A stretch of DNA of 64,000 nt from a virus (taxonomy: Duplodnaviria > Caudoviricetes), in IMG/VR virus record IMGVR_UViG_3300014205_000175, positions 96,001-160,000 of that record; one strand, written 5' to 3'. The notes beneath the pieces are model-generated. The model saw nothing but the letters and a program-made list of their open reading frames with translations, did not search any database and was not told where the DNA came from. Of the stretch, positions 1 to 10,617 are shown piece by piece; position 1 is the stretch's first letter, and the number at the start of each line of letters is the position of its first letter. Position numbers and translations under genes: made by a program.

Positions 1-5
1 ATATA

Positions 6-323
6 GTGCTCGATGCTTCCCAGTTTGAACCATATCGCCGGCGGTTAGAGGTGAGTGAGGCGATCTTCGAACGGGTACTAGAAATGCTACTGGACACTCA
101 TGCGGAAGGCATGTATACGAGCGGAGTGTGGGAGATCATCGAAGCTGAGATAGACATCGGACGGATGTCTCATATACAGATGCGCAATACTAACGCTGAC
201 ATCTCGGAGTTATGTAAGGATCTGGATACGTACATTAAAAATATCCTAGGTGCTGCATCAAGTGAATACAGGTACTACAATTGGCTCAGTCCTTGGGCGG
301 CGGTATTTAAAAGGAAGATTTGA
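6..323 (+). CDS. hypothetical protein (may be 5'-truncated by the window edge)
   Basis: ORF overlapping the next gene in a tightly packed operon; no recognisable motif. Confidence 0.6.
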   Translation: MLDASQFEPYRRRLEVSEAIFERVLEMLLDTHAEGMYTSGVWEIIEAEIDIGRMSHIQMRNTNADISELCKDLDTYIKNILGAASSEYRYYNWLSPWAAVFKRKI

Positions 324-754
324 TGTGCGACAAACAAACAGAACCGCAGTATAAGAAAGTCATCATTCCGTTGAGTTATGACATACACTCACTGCTTTGT
401 TATACTATCAATCGCATGAGTGTATGTCTAGAGCCGGGAATGATCGACAACTTCCCCACTTTACTACTGGAGGTAGCTAAAGATCCGATCGCAGGTATGG
501 TGCAGCTCTATACTGATCTGCGTGCATATGTGGATGAAGGCTTACTCGCGACATTCGTCGAAGATTCACATCTAGTAACCGAAGAGGATATCTTTCGTCG
601 GGCTGGAATGGAGATAGGTGAAGTAGTAGATGAGATTTTGGCCATTTTCAAAGGCTGTGAAGACGATATCCAACACTATAACCGTGCACAGTACATCACC
701 CGTGGTATTGTTTTACTCTCCGTTAACAACTTAGAGGATGCTGATCTCGTATGA
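320..754 (+). CDS. hypothetical protein
   Basis: 144-aa ORF with overlapping start/stop junctions on both sides. Confidence 0.65.
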   Translation: MMCDKQTEPQYKKVIIPLSYDIHSLLCYTINRMSVCLEPGMIDNFPTLLLEVAKDPIAGMVQLYTDLRAYVDEGLLATFVEDSHLVTEEDIFRRAGMEIGEVVDEILAIFKGCEDDIQHYNRAQYITRGIVLLSVNNLEDADLV

Positions 755-1218
755 CTGAAAACCCAATACAGTATAGCAGAGCAGTGATGGATGGCACCGA
801 TCTGTGGCAGGCTTACTGTAGAGGTGTTTACACTGACTCTGCTTTATCGCGTTACATCCAGTCGCGCCCCGATAGTCAATACGTGCTTAACGCTATCTAC
901 ACGGAATTGCTCCATCAGGTGGTATATATGCGTGACGATGACTTTCCTATTTATATGGTCAATGTTTCCGCTGGTCCTAACCTCGATAGACTGGTAGAGC
1001 TACAGCATCACCGTGATGATGCGGTTATGGTTAGTGCCGTTGGTAGCATATTCAAAGAACTAGCGGTACTGATGTGGTTTAAGCTGATGCAGGTGCAAGC
1101 GATTAATCCTGAATGCATCATCATCATCGAACAAAACACTGCCGACTATTTCGTTATGGGGATTCATCGCACTGTGTTAATTGATCACTGGAGATCGACG
1201 TGCTCTTCGAGTTGCTAA
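751..1218 (+). CDS. hypothetical protein
   Basis: 155-aa ORF, GAGG upstream, ATGA overlap with previous gene. Confidence 0.65.
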   Translation: MTENPIQYSRAVMDGTDLWQAYCRGVYTDSALSRYIQSRPDSQYVLNAIYTELLHQVVYMRDDDFPIYMVNVSAGPNLDRLVELQHHRDDAVMVSAVGSIFKELAVLMWFKLMQVQAINPECIIIIEQNTADYFVMGIHRTVLIDHWRSTCSSSC

Positions 1219-1595
1219 ATAGGTATAACTTCACCACCTACGCACCGGCTGTCTTCGGCGGTAGTTTCAAAAGAGCCAAAGTAATCGGCATCGTTGATTA
1301 CGAAACTGCCAAGAAATATGCCAACGTGGATCTGGTGCAGCGTCAGGTGTTTGCACTACTACCACCGGGTACGCCGGATCGTATTTCCAAATACATGTTC
1401 GTGCTCATCGAGCTGCCCGGTGGTATCAAGAACGTACTGGCCTATCCGTGGATCATCGCTACTACCATCATCAAAGTCGAAGCTACCAATCTCGTGATCT
1501 CGGTAACCGATGTTGATGATACTGACATGGCTAAAATCCGCGATGTGCTCAATACAATGGGGTATACCTTCAATATTCAAACAATCGACGTATAA
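1200..1595 (+). CDS. hypothetical protein, probably a conserved phiKZ-like gene upstream of the DNA polymerase
   Basis: GTG start with GGAG RBS; position directly before the PolB gene. Confidence 0.65.
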   Translation: MLFELLNRYNFTTYAPAVFGGSFKRAKVIGIVDYETAKKYANVDLVQRQVFALLPPGTPDRISKYMFVLIELPGGIKNVLAYPWIIATTIIKVEATNLVISVTDVDDTDMAKIRDVLNTMGYTFNIQTIDV

Positions 1596-1695
1596 TCGCT
1601 GGTGGCAGTGTTCAGACATAGTCACAACGTCCCCCTGTTCGCCAGCGCCCACGGAGTTCCATGCTGTCTCCTTGCTCGGTCCTAGACCGTTTACG

Positions 1696-1736
1696 CCCAC
1701 TACCTGTCTTCGCCGACAGGTAGTGGGTATTTTTTT
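1696..1736 (+). terminator. intrinsic terminator
   Basis: CCCACTACCTGTC/GACAGGTAGTGGG 13-bp stem followed by a T run. Confidence 0.85.
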
Positions 1737-1772
1737 CAGTACTGTGCCATCTAGTGATACGAGGAGCCACTG

Positions 1773-3899
1773 ATGTCTGATGACAGATTATTTCTGCAAG
1801 ACCCTAATTACTACCAGCGCGACATCAACCCACTAGGCCATTATATCGAGCAAACTGCTCTATACATCAGCCGCATGACTGGAGATGATCTAGAAACGTG
1901 TAAGCGCTGGGTAGGTGAGAAATTACAAGCCAAAGAACTACCCGGTATGATCGACCCAAAAGTCGAGTACTACGAGCGTAACGACGAAGGCGATAAGACC
2001 AAAGAGTCAACGACGCTGTCGAAGTATATCTACTCAGCTATCGCGAACGATCTCATCGTCGCGCCGACTTTCACGTGCTACACCAGCCCGAAAAAAGCGC
2101 GTTCGATGCTAGCGGGTTTCGTCGATGGTAATGTCAAGCGTCGCGGAGTGGCGAAAAAAGAAGCATTCGTGGCTAAGACTGCCGGCAATAGTGTTCGCTT
2201 CATTATGAAAAATAATGAACAAAACAACATGAAGCTCTATAACAACAGTCTCTCAGGAGCTTTCGGTACCAAGGGCTCTGTACTCTATAACCCGACTGCG
2301 CACAGCACTCTTACTTCGACGATCCGTTCGGTAAGTTCCTATGGCAATGCTTCGAACGAACGCATTATCATGGGTAATCGCCACTACTACCATGTCGATA
2401 TCGTACTCTATAACCTTATCTCTTGTAGTCAGCTTACCGATGTAGCCGAGATGCGTAACGCCATCGTACTCTACGGCTTACATATCCCGAGCGTAGCTGA
2501 TGTAATCGACTGTATCAGCTATTCGAGTCAGTTCTATTGGCGGGACCCCAAGGCGTTACAGTCTCTCGTGTCGTATGTAGACAAGATGACTGACATCGAA
2601 CGTGCGAGTTTTGTTTATACGGGAGATTTATATCACATTCGTAAACATAACCCTGAGTTCATGCGGGGCTGGATCGATGAGATCAGTCGTAAATGCACCG
2701 AGGAGATCCCTGATGCACTGAGTATCGTCGAGACGATTGATGAGCAGATCATGAACTACACGCACCAGATCTGTTTCAATGAAGTCAAGGGACTGGGTAA
2801 GAAATACGCACTGATGGCAGAAAAAGGAGTGCTCAACACGGTGGTAGCGACGGCACTGAATATCACTGCAGTGTTGCGTAAGTACCAGCCCTTTATCCGT
2901 ACGTTCTTTTTATCGCGACTAATACCAGCTAGTCACGCGTACATCCCGAACATGATGCGTCGTTCGGTGGTGCTGAGTGATACGGACTCGACGTGTTTCT
3001 CGGTCGATGATTGGATGCTGTGGTATTTCGGTGGCGTGGAGATCACTGAGCGCACCTATGCGGTGTGTGGTGCAGTGGCATTCATGGCCAATCAGTCTAT
3101 TGCTCACGCCTTAGCGATACTCTCGGCTAACATCAACGTTGTGCGTGAGAAGCTGCATGCATTAGCGATGAAAAACGAGTTTCTGTGGTCAGCACACATG
3201 CCTACTAACGTCGCCAAGCATTATGCAGCGTGGACGGTGATGCAAGAAGGTAACGTTTTTGAAGAAGCCGAGATAGAAATCAAAGGCGTGCATTTGAAAA
3301 ATAGCGCTTCGCCTCCTGCACTGATCAAAAAAGCACACCTGATGATCGAGGATATCCTCACCACCATCAACAGTAACCAACAGCTCGATCTCGCGCATTA
3401 CGTAGCTGAAGTACAAGCGATCGAGCGCGACATCATCGAATCCATCAGTCGAGGAGAAACTAGATATCTGAAGACCTCCAAAATCAAGGACGCGGAAGCC
3501 TATGCGTTGGAAGCCGAGGAGTCGCCATATCAGCATTACACAATGTGGCGCGAAGTGATGGAGCCTAAATATGGTGTGATCGATCCGCCACCTTATAGCG
3601 TGGTCAAAGTACCGACGACCTTGGGTAACCGCACAAAGCTCAAAGCATGGGTTGAAAGTATCGAGGACGTGGAGCTACGCGGACGGCTGGCACGCTGGAT
3701 AGAGCGGATGGGTAAAACTTCTCTCAACACTTTATACATGTCGATCCCCTACGTTAATAGTTTCGGCATGCCTACTGAGATACTGCGTGCTGCCGATAGT
3801 CGTAAAGTGGTACTCGATCTGACATTGGTGTTTCGGATCATACTAGAGTCGTTAGGGTTCTTTGTTAAAGATGGTTGGTTGATACTCGATTACAAATAA
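1773..3899 (+). CDS. family B DNA polymerase, polymerase-domain subunit (phiKZ gp50-like)
   Basis: KLYNNSLSG (KxxxNSxYG-like) and SDTDS (DTDS) motifs, KHY and IKG; no obvious exonuclease domain, consistent with the split PolB of phiKZ-like phages. Confidence 0.9.
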   Translation: MSDDRLFLQDPNYYQRDINPLGHYIEQTALYISRMTGDDLETCKRWVGEKLQAKELPGMIDPKVEYYERNDEGDKTKESTTLSKYIYSAIANDLIVAPTFTCYTSPKKARSMLAGFVDGNVKRRGVAKKEAFVAKTAGNSVRFIMKNNEQNNMKLYNNSLSGAFGTKGSVLYNPTAHSTLTSTIRSVSSYGNASNERIIMGNRHYYHVDIVLYNLISCSQLTDVAEMRNAIVLYGLHIPSVADVIDCISYSSQFYWRDPKALQSLVSYVDKMTDIERASFVYTGDLYHIRKHNPEFMRGWIDEISRKCTEEIPDALSIVETIDEQIMNYTHQICFNEVKGLGKKYALMAEKGVLNTVVATALNITAVLRKYQPFIRTFFLSRLIPASHAYIPNMMRRSVVLSDTDSTCFSVDDWMLWYFGGVEITERTYAVCGAVAFMANQSIAHALAILSANINVVREKLHALAMKNEFLWSAHMPTNVAKHYAAWTVMQEGNVFEEAEIEIKGVHLKNSASPPALIKKAHLMIEDILTTINSNQQLDLAHYVAEVQAIERDIIESISRGETRYLKTSKIKDAEAYALEAEESPYQHYTMWREVMEPKYGVIDPPPYSVVKVPTTLGNRTKLKAWVESIEDVELRGRLARWIERMGKTSLNTLYMSIPYVNSFGMPTEILRAADSRKVVLDLTLVFRIILESLGFFVKDGWLILDYK

Positions 3900-3906
3900 C
3901 CTGCTA

Positions 3907-3942
3907 CTCTCACCTGCCTTCCATAGCGGAGGCAGGTGAGAG
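3907..3942. terminator. bidirectional terminator hairpin between convergent genes
   Basis: CTCTCACCTGCC/GGCAGGTGAGAG inverted repeat. Confidence 0.75.
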
Positions 3943-3956
3943 GGTAATCTATTTTT

Positions 3957-6041
3957 TTAGTATTCGGAGAAATCGGTTACTCTTCCTCGCATGTCAATCG
4001 GAATTTTACTAAGTGATATGTCGTATTGAGTAATACCACTGGTTTTTATGACCAGTCCTACCGTACGCAGCGATGCTGACGGATTACCACTATATGAAAT
4101 CAATTCCATCCAGATGAAATTAGTCATATTGGCACCCGTCAAAGGACCCAAAGCTGCAGGACCATCAGCGGACATTTTGATCAGAACTTGGTCTTTCAGC
4201 GTGTCGAATGTACAGTATCCAGCCATGTATAGCACATTGTTAGGAGCCAAGATTAAATCTGCGACCGCGCCGAGTTTACTGTAAGTATTAACACTGCCAT
4301 CTCCATCAAACTTATACCCCCACAAAGGAGTGCCAGCAGATGTAAATTTAACAATATCTCCAGTGCCCGAAGCAGCATAGATATTACCAGTTGCATCGGT
4401 AGCAAGAGTTTCGAAATTCATCCATGTGGTTATGCCAGTCTTCCATATGAGGTTACCACTAGTATCCCAGCGAGATATAAATGGTTCCGGAGTACCTTCA
4501 ACTCCTCCCCCAACATAGATATTGTCAGAACTATCTACGACTAAAGAGTTGAAAGTTAGTTTAGATGACAACTGAGTACAATACAGCGAGCGTTCCCAAA
4601 CTGTAGCTCCGGCAGAATCGCATTTAATCAAGTATCCAAATTCATCGCCGCTGCCGTCTGTATAATGTCCTGCAGCGTAAACGTTACCTTGACTGTCCGT
4701 AGCCACCCCTTCGAAAGTCGCAGATAACGTATTTCCGACGGTGTTCCTGAACCTAGCCCAGACTACACTGCCACTAGTGGTGTAACGAATAATGGAAAAA
4801 TCCAATCCCGCTACATAAATGTTATCAGCACTATCGATGTAGATAGCGGTCAGCGCAGAATGAATACTCAACGGAGTATAGTTTATGTATTTACCCCATA
4901 CCACTAGACCATCAGAGTTCAGTTTAAGAATAAGCGGATACTTCTGACTACCGCCAGCACTATCTGCGCGATACCCTACTACGTATAGATCACCGGAACT
5001 ATCTAGCGCAATATCGTAGAATTGAGTATTGGCAGCAAACGCGTACTCCCAGACCAGAGTCCCGTCGGGATTATATTTCGCGATATAGGCCTCGTAGATA
5101 GTTGCAACAGCATGATTTTGTCTACCGACAATGTAGATATGACCTGTCGCAGAATCCATCGTCAATGCTGCAATAAACGGCAGTATTGACGACGATGCTG
5201 GCTTCATGTGTTTTAACACCCACCCTTGAGAATGATGGGTAGTGAATGCTACTGTAGCAGACCAGCTAGACCAACCACCCAGTACGCTGTGATGTCGGAC
5301 ACGTGCGTAGTATTGCGTGCTTTCCGTGAGTGCTGTGGTAGGCATCCATTCGGTGAGATTAGCACTGCCTTCGTAAAACTGTACACCGGAGGTGAAATCG
5401 TTACTAGTGGAAATTTCCCATCGTACCTGATCCTGACTCTGTGAGATACCCAGATAGTCAAACGCTGATGATTTGAGTGTAGGATATTCTGACACCTGAG
5501 TGCCGTTTTGTTCAGGTGTGATGATGCTAGGCGTCGCTACACCGGCTTCGAGAACAGTGATAGTGAAAGTCGTATCATCTACCGTAAAGCCGCCATTGGT
5601 GGTTGACGCAGGTGTATAAGTGATCGTAGCACCTGAACGTGTAACCGTGCCATTGGTCGTACTGACAGCATAAGTGTCAAACACATTGTAACCGGTCAGC
5701 ACATAGACGGTGGGTTCATTAAGATAGGTTGCGATCGGTCCTGCCAGCGTTACGCCGCCTTCAGTGATCTCAGTTGGTAATGCACTCACAGGTACTTTCG
5801 CTGTACCGTCAAGTAGTGCCAATGCATTAGCTCCACCGGGCAAGTTAGCTAACGGAATCTTGACTCCAGCATCGAGCTTTACAACTCCATTGGCAACACC
5901 CAGCATGCTACGCGGAATCCAACCCATGCTGGCAGCGGCAGTCGCAGCGGTGGTAGCACCAGTGCCACCGAGGATCATCGGCAGGATGCCGGTTAGACCG
6001 ATATCGTTATAAATAGCCGGATCAAATAAAACTCTAGCCAT
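3957..6041 (-). CDS. virion tail/receptor-binding-like protein: fibre-type N-terminus, Ig/FN3-like domains, beta-propeller
   Basis: Likely start MARVLF at 6041 with AAGGAG RBS; GGTGATTAA and VANGVxxLD motifs; YYARVRHHSVLGGWSSWS FN3-like signature; repeated DSSxNIYVxG blades; ends FSEY. Confidence 0.7.
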   Translation of the reverse strand: MARVLFDPAIYNDIGLTGILPMILGGTGATTAATAAASMGWIPRSMLGVANGVVKLDAGVKIPLANLPGGANALALLDGTAKVPVSALPTEITEGGVTLAGPIATYLNEPTVYVLTGYNVFDTYAVSTTNGTVTRSGATITYTPASTTNGGFTVDDTTFTITVLEAGVATPSIITPEQNGTQVSEYPTLKSSAFDYLGISQSQDQVRWEISTSNDFTSGVQFYEGSANLTEWMPTTALTESTQYYARVRHHSVLGGWSSWSATVAFTTHHSQGWVLKHMKPASSSILPFIAALTMDSATGHIYIVGRQNHAVATIYEAYIAKYNPDGTLVWEYAFAANTQFYDIALDSSGDLYVVGYRADSAGGSQKYPLILKLNSDGLVVWGKYINYTPLSIHSALTAIYIDSADNIYVAGLDFSIIRYTTSGSVVWARFRNTVGNTLSATFEGVATDSQGNVYAAGHYTDGSGDEFGYLIKCDSAGATVWERSLYCTQLSSKLTFNSLVVDSSDNIYVGGGVEGTPEPFISRWDTSGNLIWKTGITTWMNFETLATDATGNIYAASGTGDIVKFTSAGTPLWGYKFDGDGSVNTYSKLGAVADLILAPNNVLYMAGYCTFDTLKDQVLIKMSADGPAALGPLTGANMTNFIWMELISYSGNPSASLRTVGLVIKTSGITQYDISLSKIPIDMRGRVTDFSEY

Positions 6042-6108
6042 TACGTTACTCCTTGTGAAATTCAATTGTCCCATCAGATGAGTTAAATTTTACACCGAGG
6101 ATACCAGC

Positions 6109-6927
6109 ATGAATCCGATTGCCAAAGCCCTAGACAATATCAAATACACGATTCCGATCGCGATCCTCAAAGAAGCTTTCACCGATTCTCATAGCCGCTG
6201 GCGTAACCCTAATTTAAGTATTGATGATTGCATAGCCACTAAAGTCATCCGTCCGCGAGTACTGCTAGATTGTAATCTTGTTGGCGGCACTACTGTCAAT
6301 ATCTCGCTAGACGGCATCGCACCGGAGATCGTTGATCAGTTCACGACCATTTACAGCATACCGCCCGATCGTACCGCTGGTAAAACTATCCTCTCGGTGC
6401 TATCTTTAGGCTACATGCCGTATCAAGCTAACTTCAACATGATGTCGGGCAACCTTGCTTACGCAACCCCGACTTCGATGAATTCAGTTACTCAAGCAGC
6501 TCAGCGTATTGGTGACTCGTACTCAGCGATGCCAGTGCTAGCTAACGCCCAAACTGAACTCGTTGGTCATAACGTCATTATGGTCAGGGAACAGCACAAA
6601 ATCTCTTCGACCTATTACATACGTTGCATCCTCGCTAACTCGGATAACATGGGTAATATCTCACCGCGTTCGATTCTGGCGTTCGCTAAACTGTGTGAAC
6701 TAGCGGTCAAATCCTACATCTACAATCAACTCATCATCCGAATCGATCAGTCGTTCTTGCAAGGCGGTCAAGAGCTCGGTGCATTTAAGAACATCGTCGA
6801 GAGCTATGCTGATGCTGAGGAGATGTATAATACGCACCTACGTGAAGTATGGCAGGCTACCGCATTTATGAATGATAGCATATCGTACGACCGTTTCCTA
6901 CGTTTACAAGTCTCACCTGGCATTTAA
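6109..6927 (+). CDS. conserved phiKZ-like protein, probably virion-associated (gp52-like by position)
   Basis: 272-aa ORF with GAGG RBS; orthology inferred from synteny only. Confidence 0.55.
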   Translation: MNPIAKALDNIKYTIPIAILKEAFTDSHSRWRNPNLSIDDCIATKVIRPRVLLDCNLVGGTTVNISLDGIAPEIVDQFTTIYSIPPDRTAGKTILSVLSLGYMPYQANFNMMSGNLAYATPTSMNSVTQAAQRIGDSYSAMPVLANAQTELVGHNVIMVREQHKISSTYYIRCILANSDNMGNISPRSILAFAKLCELAVKSYIYNQLIIRIDQSFLQGGQELGAFKNIVESYADAEEMYNTHLREVWQATAFMNDSISYDRFLRLQVSPGI

Positions 6928-6932
6928 TGAAT

Positions 6933-6973
6933 CGATACCCACACACCTTCCTTTAGGAGGTGTGTGGGTATCG
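6933..6973. terminator. bidirectional terminator hairpin
   Basis: CGATACCCACACACCT/AGGTGTGTGGGTATCG stem then T-rich tail, between convergent genes. Confidence 0.8.
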
Positions 6974-6990
6974 TATAATTTTATTTTCAC

Positions 6991-9060
6991 TTAGTATTCC
7001 GAGAAATACCGGGTAAGTGCAGGTGTTTCAACAGTCAGTGTGGCCGTTGTAACTGGTAGTGTCGTGGTATTATTGGTTAGTGTGGATGTCACTACAGGTA
7101 GTGTGCGTGCGGTAGCACTTACGGTCGCTATATCCCATGATAAATCGGTCATGTTAGCACCAACTAACGGACCTACAGTTACATCGCCTGTAGACGCTAT
7201 GCGACTAACGTATGAGTCATAATCACCACTGTCTTGTTGCCCCACCGCATAAATTGTAGTATTATTGGGTGATATGGCTACCCCTAGGAAGTGATTATAA
7301 CTACTATTGCCACCATGTAATACTCGCTGCCAGACTAAAGTGCTGTCGGTATTCCAACGGGTGATATGAGCGGTAACAGTGTCACTAGCATCTGGAGAGT
7401 ATTGGTGACCTACCGTATATATACTGCTGCCGTCAGGCGATACGGTTATTCCTTCGAAGATATTCTCAGAACCATCTTCTATCGAACTCTGCCAGACGAG
7501 ATTACCGCCAGTATCCCAACGAGTAATATATGCATCACCGTTAAGGCTGCCCTGAGACCACTGCTGACCAGCAGCATAGATTGCACTTCCATCGGGCGAT
7601 ACAGTAACTCCTTCGAAACAGTCGTAGCTTCCTCCGCCTGTCACTCGCTGCCACATTAGGTTACCCGAGGCATCCCAACAGGTGATAAAAGCATCGAAGT
7701 CATTGCTGTTGTTGGGAGAATTATGGCGACCTACAGCATAAATGGCATTACCGCTAGGAGCTATAGCTACTCCGCGAAAGTAGTCTTGATAACCACCATC
7801 CACCGAGCGCTGCCACACGAGGTTACCCGAGGTATTCCAACGGGTGATGTAAGCATTATTGCGACTGCCGTCTTCCGCGAAATGACGACCTACAGCGTAA
7901 ATAGCTGTACCGTCTGCCGAAATAGCTATTCCGTCAAAATATTTATCGCTCGCACCATCTATCAAACTCTGCCATACCAAAATGCCATTAGCGTCCCAAC
8001 GAGTGATGAAAGCCTGGTCGTGAGGACTAGAGGAACTTTGATGTCCCACTGCGTAGATTGTATCACCATCTGGCGACACAGTAACACCTTCAAAATATTC
8101 GTACGACCAATCTTTACTAACGTCATTCATAGAACGCTGCCATATAAGGTTACCTAAGGCATCCCAGCGTGTTATGTAAGCGTTATCACTATCAGTATCT
8201 GAAGAATAATAATACCCTACAGCATAGATCGCCGTACCATCAGGTGATATAGCGACTCCACGCAAGGTGTCGATATGCTCATCGCCGCCTATTTTTCCTA
8301 CCCAACCTTGAATCTCATATACGGTGAAAGCTACTGCTGCAGACCATTCTGACCAGCCGCCTAACACGCTATGATGTCTGACTCGTATGTAGTATGGTGT
8401 AGCTTCGACTAGAGGGTCAGTAGGAGTCCATGTAGTAAAATTAGCCGTACCTTCATAAAAGTGAGTCAGTGCAGCGAAATCCTCGGTAGCGGAGATCTCC
8501 CAGCGTACCTGGTTTTGTGTTTGAATAGTGCCACGGTATTGAAAGGATGAAGATTCGAATGTTTGATACTGTGATACATTGGCGCCATTGTATGACGGCG
8601 AAATAATTTCAGGCGTTTGTACAACGGCATTTAATATCGTGATGCCGAATGTACGATTGTTAATCGTGAAACCGCCATCATTAATAGAACTAGGTGTGTA
8701 GGTGACAGTGTCAGCATTGCGGGTTACTGTGCCGTTGGTGGTATTCACGGTATAAGATTTGAAACTATCGTAGTCGGTTATGGTGTAAACCACCGCCTCA
8801 TTCAGATATACTGATACGGGACCATAGATGCTAATGCTATTTTCAATGATTCCATCTGGCATATTAACCATGGAGATTTTAGCAGTAGGATCGAGTCCGG
8901 CTACACCATTAGCCACACCTAGTTCATCGCGCTGAATCCATTCCATAGTAGTAGCAGCAGTATCAGGGGTGGTGGCAGCTGTACCACCTAGTTTTACAGG
9001 TACGATGCCAGTCAGCCCTGCGCTGTTATGAAAAGCTGGGTTATATAAAGCTCTAGCCAT
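6991..9060 (-). CDS. paralogue of 3957-6041; tail/receptor-binding-like protein with a highly regular beta-propeller
   Basis: Same MARxLxxP, GGTxATT, VANGVxxLD, RVRHHSVLGGWS and FSEY motifs; about 7 tandem ~55-aa blades FxGVxISPDGxxIYAVG...AYITRWDxxGNLVWQ. Confidence 0.75.
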   Translation of the reverse strand: MARALYNPAFHNSAGLTGIVPVKLGGTAATTPDTAATTMEWIQRDELGVANGVAGLDPTAKISMVNMPDGIIENSISIYGPVSVYLNEAVVYTITDYDSFKSYTVNTTNGTVTRNADTVTYTPSSINDGGFTINNRTFGITILNAVVQTPEIISPSYNGANVSQYQTFESSSFQYRGTIQTQNQVRWEISATEDFAALTHFYEGTANFTTWTPTDPLVEATPYYIRVRHHSVLGGWSEWSAAVAFTVYEIQGWVGKIGGDEHIDTLRGVAISPDGTAIYAVGYYYSSDTDSDNAYITRWDALGNLIWQRSMNDVSKDWSYEYFEGVTVSPDGDTIYAVGHQSSSSPHDQAFITRWDANGILVWQSLIDGASDKYFDGIAISADGTAIYAVGRHFAEDGSRNNAYITRWNTSGNLVWQRSVDGGYQDYFRGVAIAPSGNAIYAVGRHNSPNNSNDFDAFITCWDASGNLMWQRVTGGGSYDCFEGVTVSPDGSAIYAAGQQWSQGSLNGDAYITRWDTGGNLVWQSSIEDGSENIFEGITVSPDGSSIYTVGHQYSPDASDTVTAHITRWNTDSTLVWQRVLHGGNSSYNHFLGVAISPNNTTIYAVGQQDSGDYDSYVSRIASTGDVTVGPLVGANMTDLSWDIATVSATARTLPVVTSTLTNNTTTLPVTTATLTVETPALTRYFSEY

Positions 9061-9111
9061 TTGAAGCTCCTCATGGAATTTAACTATCCACTGGATGAGT
9101 TGGATTTAAAA

Positions 9112-9154
9112 ACCGTAACCACCAGAGGCTCATTAGGCCTCTGGTGGTTACGGT
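9112..9154. terminator. terminator hairpin
   Basis: ACCGTAACCACCAGAGGC/GCCTCTGGTGGTTACGGT 18-bp perfect stem; A run on the left gives a U tail on the minus strand. Confidence 0.8.
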
Positions 9155-9156
9155 CG

Positions 9157-10245
9157 CTATGTATCTAGCAGTGCGTCTAGAAGATCATTGGTCTCGGTTA
9201 ACTGCTCTTTCGGTAACACATTAGCAAGCACACTATCGCGACGTAGCCGACGAATATCTCGTTGCATGCGGTTGATGAGTTGCTGGTTACGTCGCACTGA
9301 ACTCACTCCACCTAGATCGATGAGATACTTCATCACCGTCGTGCGACTGAGTGTTACTGCCCACCATACCTGACGCGTCGGGGCTATTTCAGGCAGCTGT
9401 AAAGACTCAGCCATGTCCCGACCTGATATGCTAGGCAGAGCAGACAGGAGCCATTCGTACGCCATGTTTTTGTCATAGTAGTCCTCGGTGAGTTTGAGTA
9501 ACACTCCGTCGAGCTTGGTGGCGTAATCGACAACCGGAAACGGATGCTTGAAACGCGCTTCACCCATCTCTACATCGTACAAAAGCCGCATCAGGCGATT
9601 CATCACGACGATATCGGTGTGACGATAGAGCATGTTGGGGAGCACGTACATATGCACGAAATGCGTGATACCGAGCATACCGCCATCGAGTAGCTGGCGT
9701 CTTAAGAGCTGATCGCGTAAAAAGCAACGCAGCTGTACAGCCAACAACGGGATATTGATACTGATGACTGAAAAGCCCGTGTCAGTGCCGCTGGATCGAC
9801 CATTGCCAAGCATGAAGCCTAGATCGCTTTTCGGGTGCCAGATCGTCGAGACGGCATTAATACGTTGCCAGTTTCTCTCGGCATAGCTAGCGTCAAAATA
9901 ACTGTCTTCGTAGATGATGACTTCGTGACTACCTACGCCGTAGAAAGCACCGTGATGCACTGCTCCGGTTTCGATGTCGCTAGTCATACGGAAAGCTTTA
10001 GCGATGTACGGGGCTCTAGCGCGCGTGCTCTCGATGAAGCGATCCAGCTCGTACTGCATCGGAGTGTCGACGTGGGTTAGGAGCCGCACGAGAAAGTGCT
10101 GGTTCTTGACTGCATAGACACGGTTGTTATAGTAGTCTTGAATCGTTAAAAGCTCGCGCAGATACGTGCCCTTGATGTATTCGAATTCTGCTGGCATGCG
10201 TTGCGCATTAGGGGAGCGCGCCACCCGTTGAAATAATTCTAACAT
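9157..10245 (-). CDS. conserved phiKZ-like protein, probably virion structural
   Basis: 362-aa ORF with GAGG RBS; function inferred from context only. Confidence 0.55.
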   Translation of the reverse strand: MLELFQRVARSPNAQRMPAEFEYIKGTYLRELLTIQDYYNNRVYAVKNQHFLVRLLTHVDTPMQYELDRFIESTRARAPYIAKAFRMTSDIETGAVHHGAFYGVGSHEVIIYEDSYFDASYAERNWQRINAVSTIWHPKSDLGFMLGNGRSSGTDTGFSVISINIPLLAVQLRCFLRDQLLRRQLLDGGMLGITHFVHMYVLPNMLYRHTDIVVMNRLMRLLYDVEMGEARFKHPFPVVDYATKLDGVLLKLTEDYYDKNMAYEWLLSALPSISGRDMAESLQLPEIAPTRQVWWAVTLSRTTVMKYLIDLGGVSSVRRNQQLINRMQRDIRRLRRDSVLANVLPKEQLTETNDLLDALLDT

Positions 10246-10299
10246 TCGCCCAACCTCAGTATGGCTTCTCAGAGGATTTATCTGAAAAAAACGTAGTCA

Positions 10300-10314
10300 C
10301 ATATATATTCAATG
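10300..10314 (+). promoter_or_regulatory. putative early promoter (CATATATATTCAATG)
   Basis: One of about 9 intergenic copies of CATATATAnTACATG; resembles the phiKZ early TATATTAC element. Confidence 0.65.
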
Positions 10315-10365
10315 AAGACTGTCACTACCGACATCTTCTCACATCTGCCCTAAGGAGCTTCCATC

Positions 10366-10617
10366 ATGACCAGCACCACTAGCACCATCGCCATTTTTCA
10401 AAACAAAGAAGACGCCGTGAAGCTCGTCGAGAGCAGGGTTGCTGCCGGCGAATACAGCATCGAAAAAATCGAGAGTTTGGGACTAGTGTGGCTGCACCCG
10501 AATCCCGATATGACAGCAGAACAAGATAGTGTTTGCGGCACAAGCAAAGAAGAAGTCATCGAGCTGTATGCTACAGTCTGCGCCCAATCCATCGGCTACG
10601 ACTGGGCATTCGAGTAA
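10366..10617 (+). CDS. small hypothetical protein
   Basis: AAGGAGCTTCCATCATG start cassette. Confidence 0.7.
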   Translation: MTSTTSTIAIFQNKEDAVKLVESRVAAGEYSIEKIESLGLVWLHPNPDMTAEQDSVCGTSKEEVIELYATVCAQSIGYDWAFE

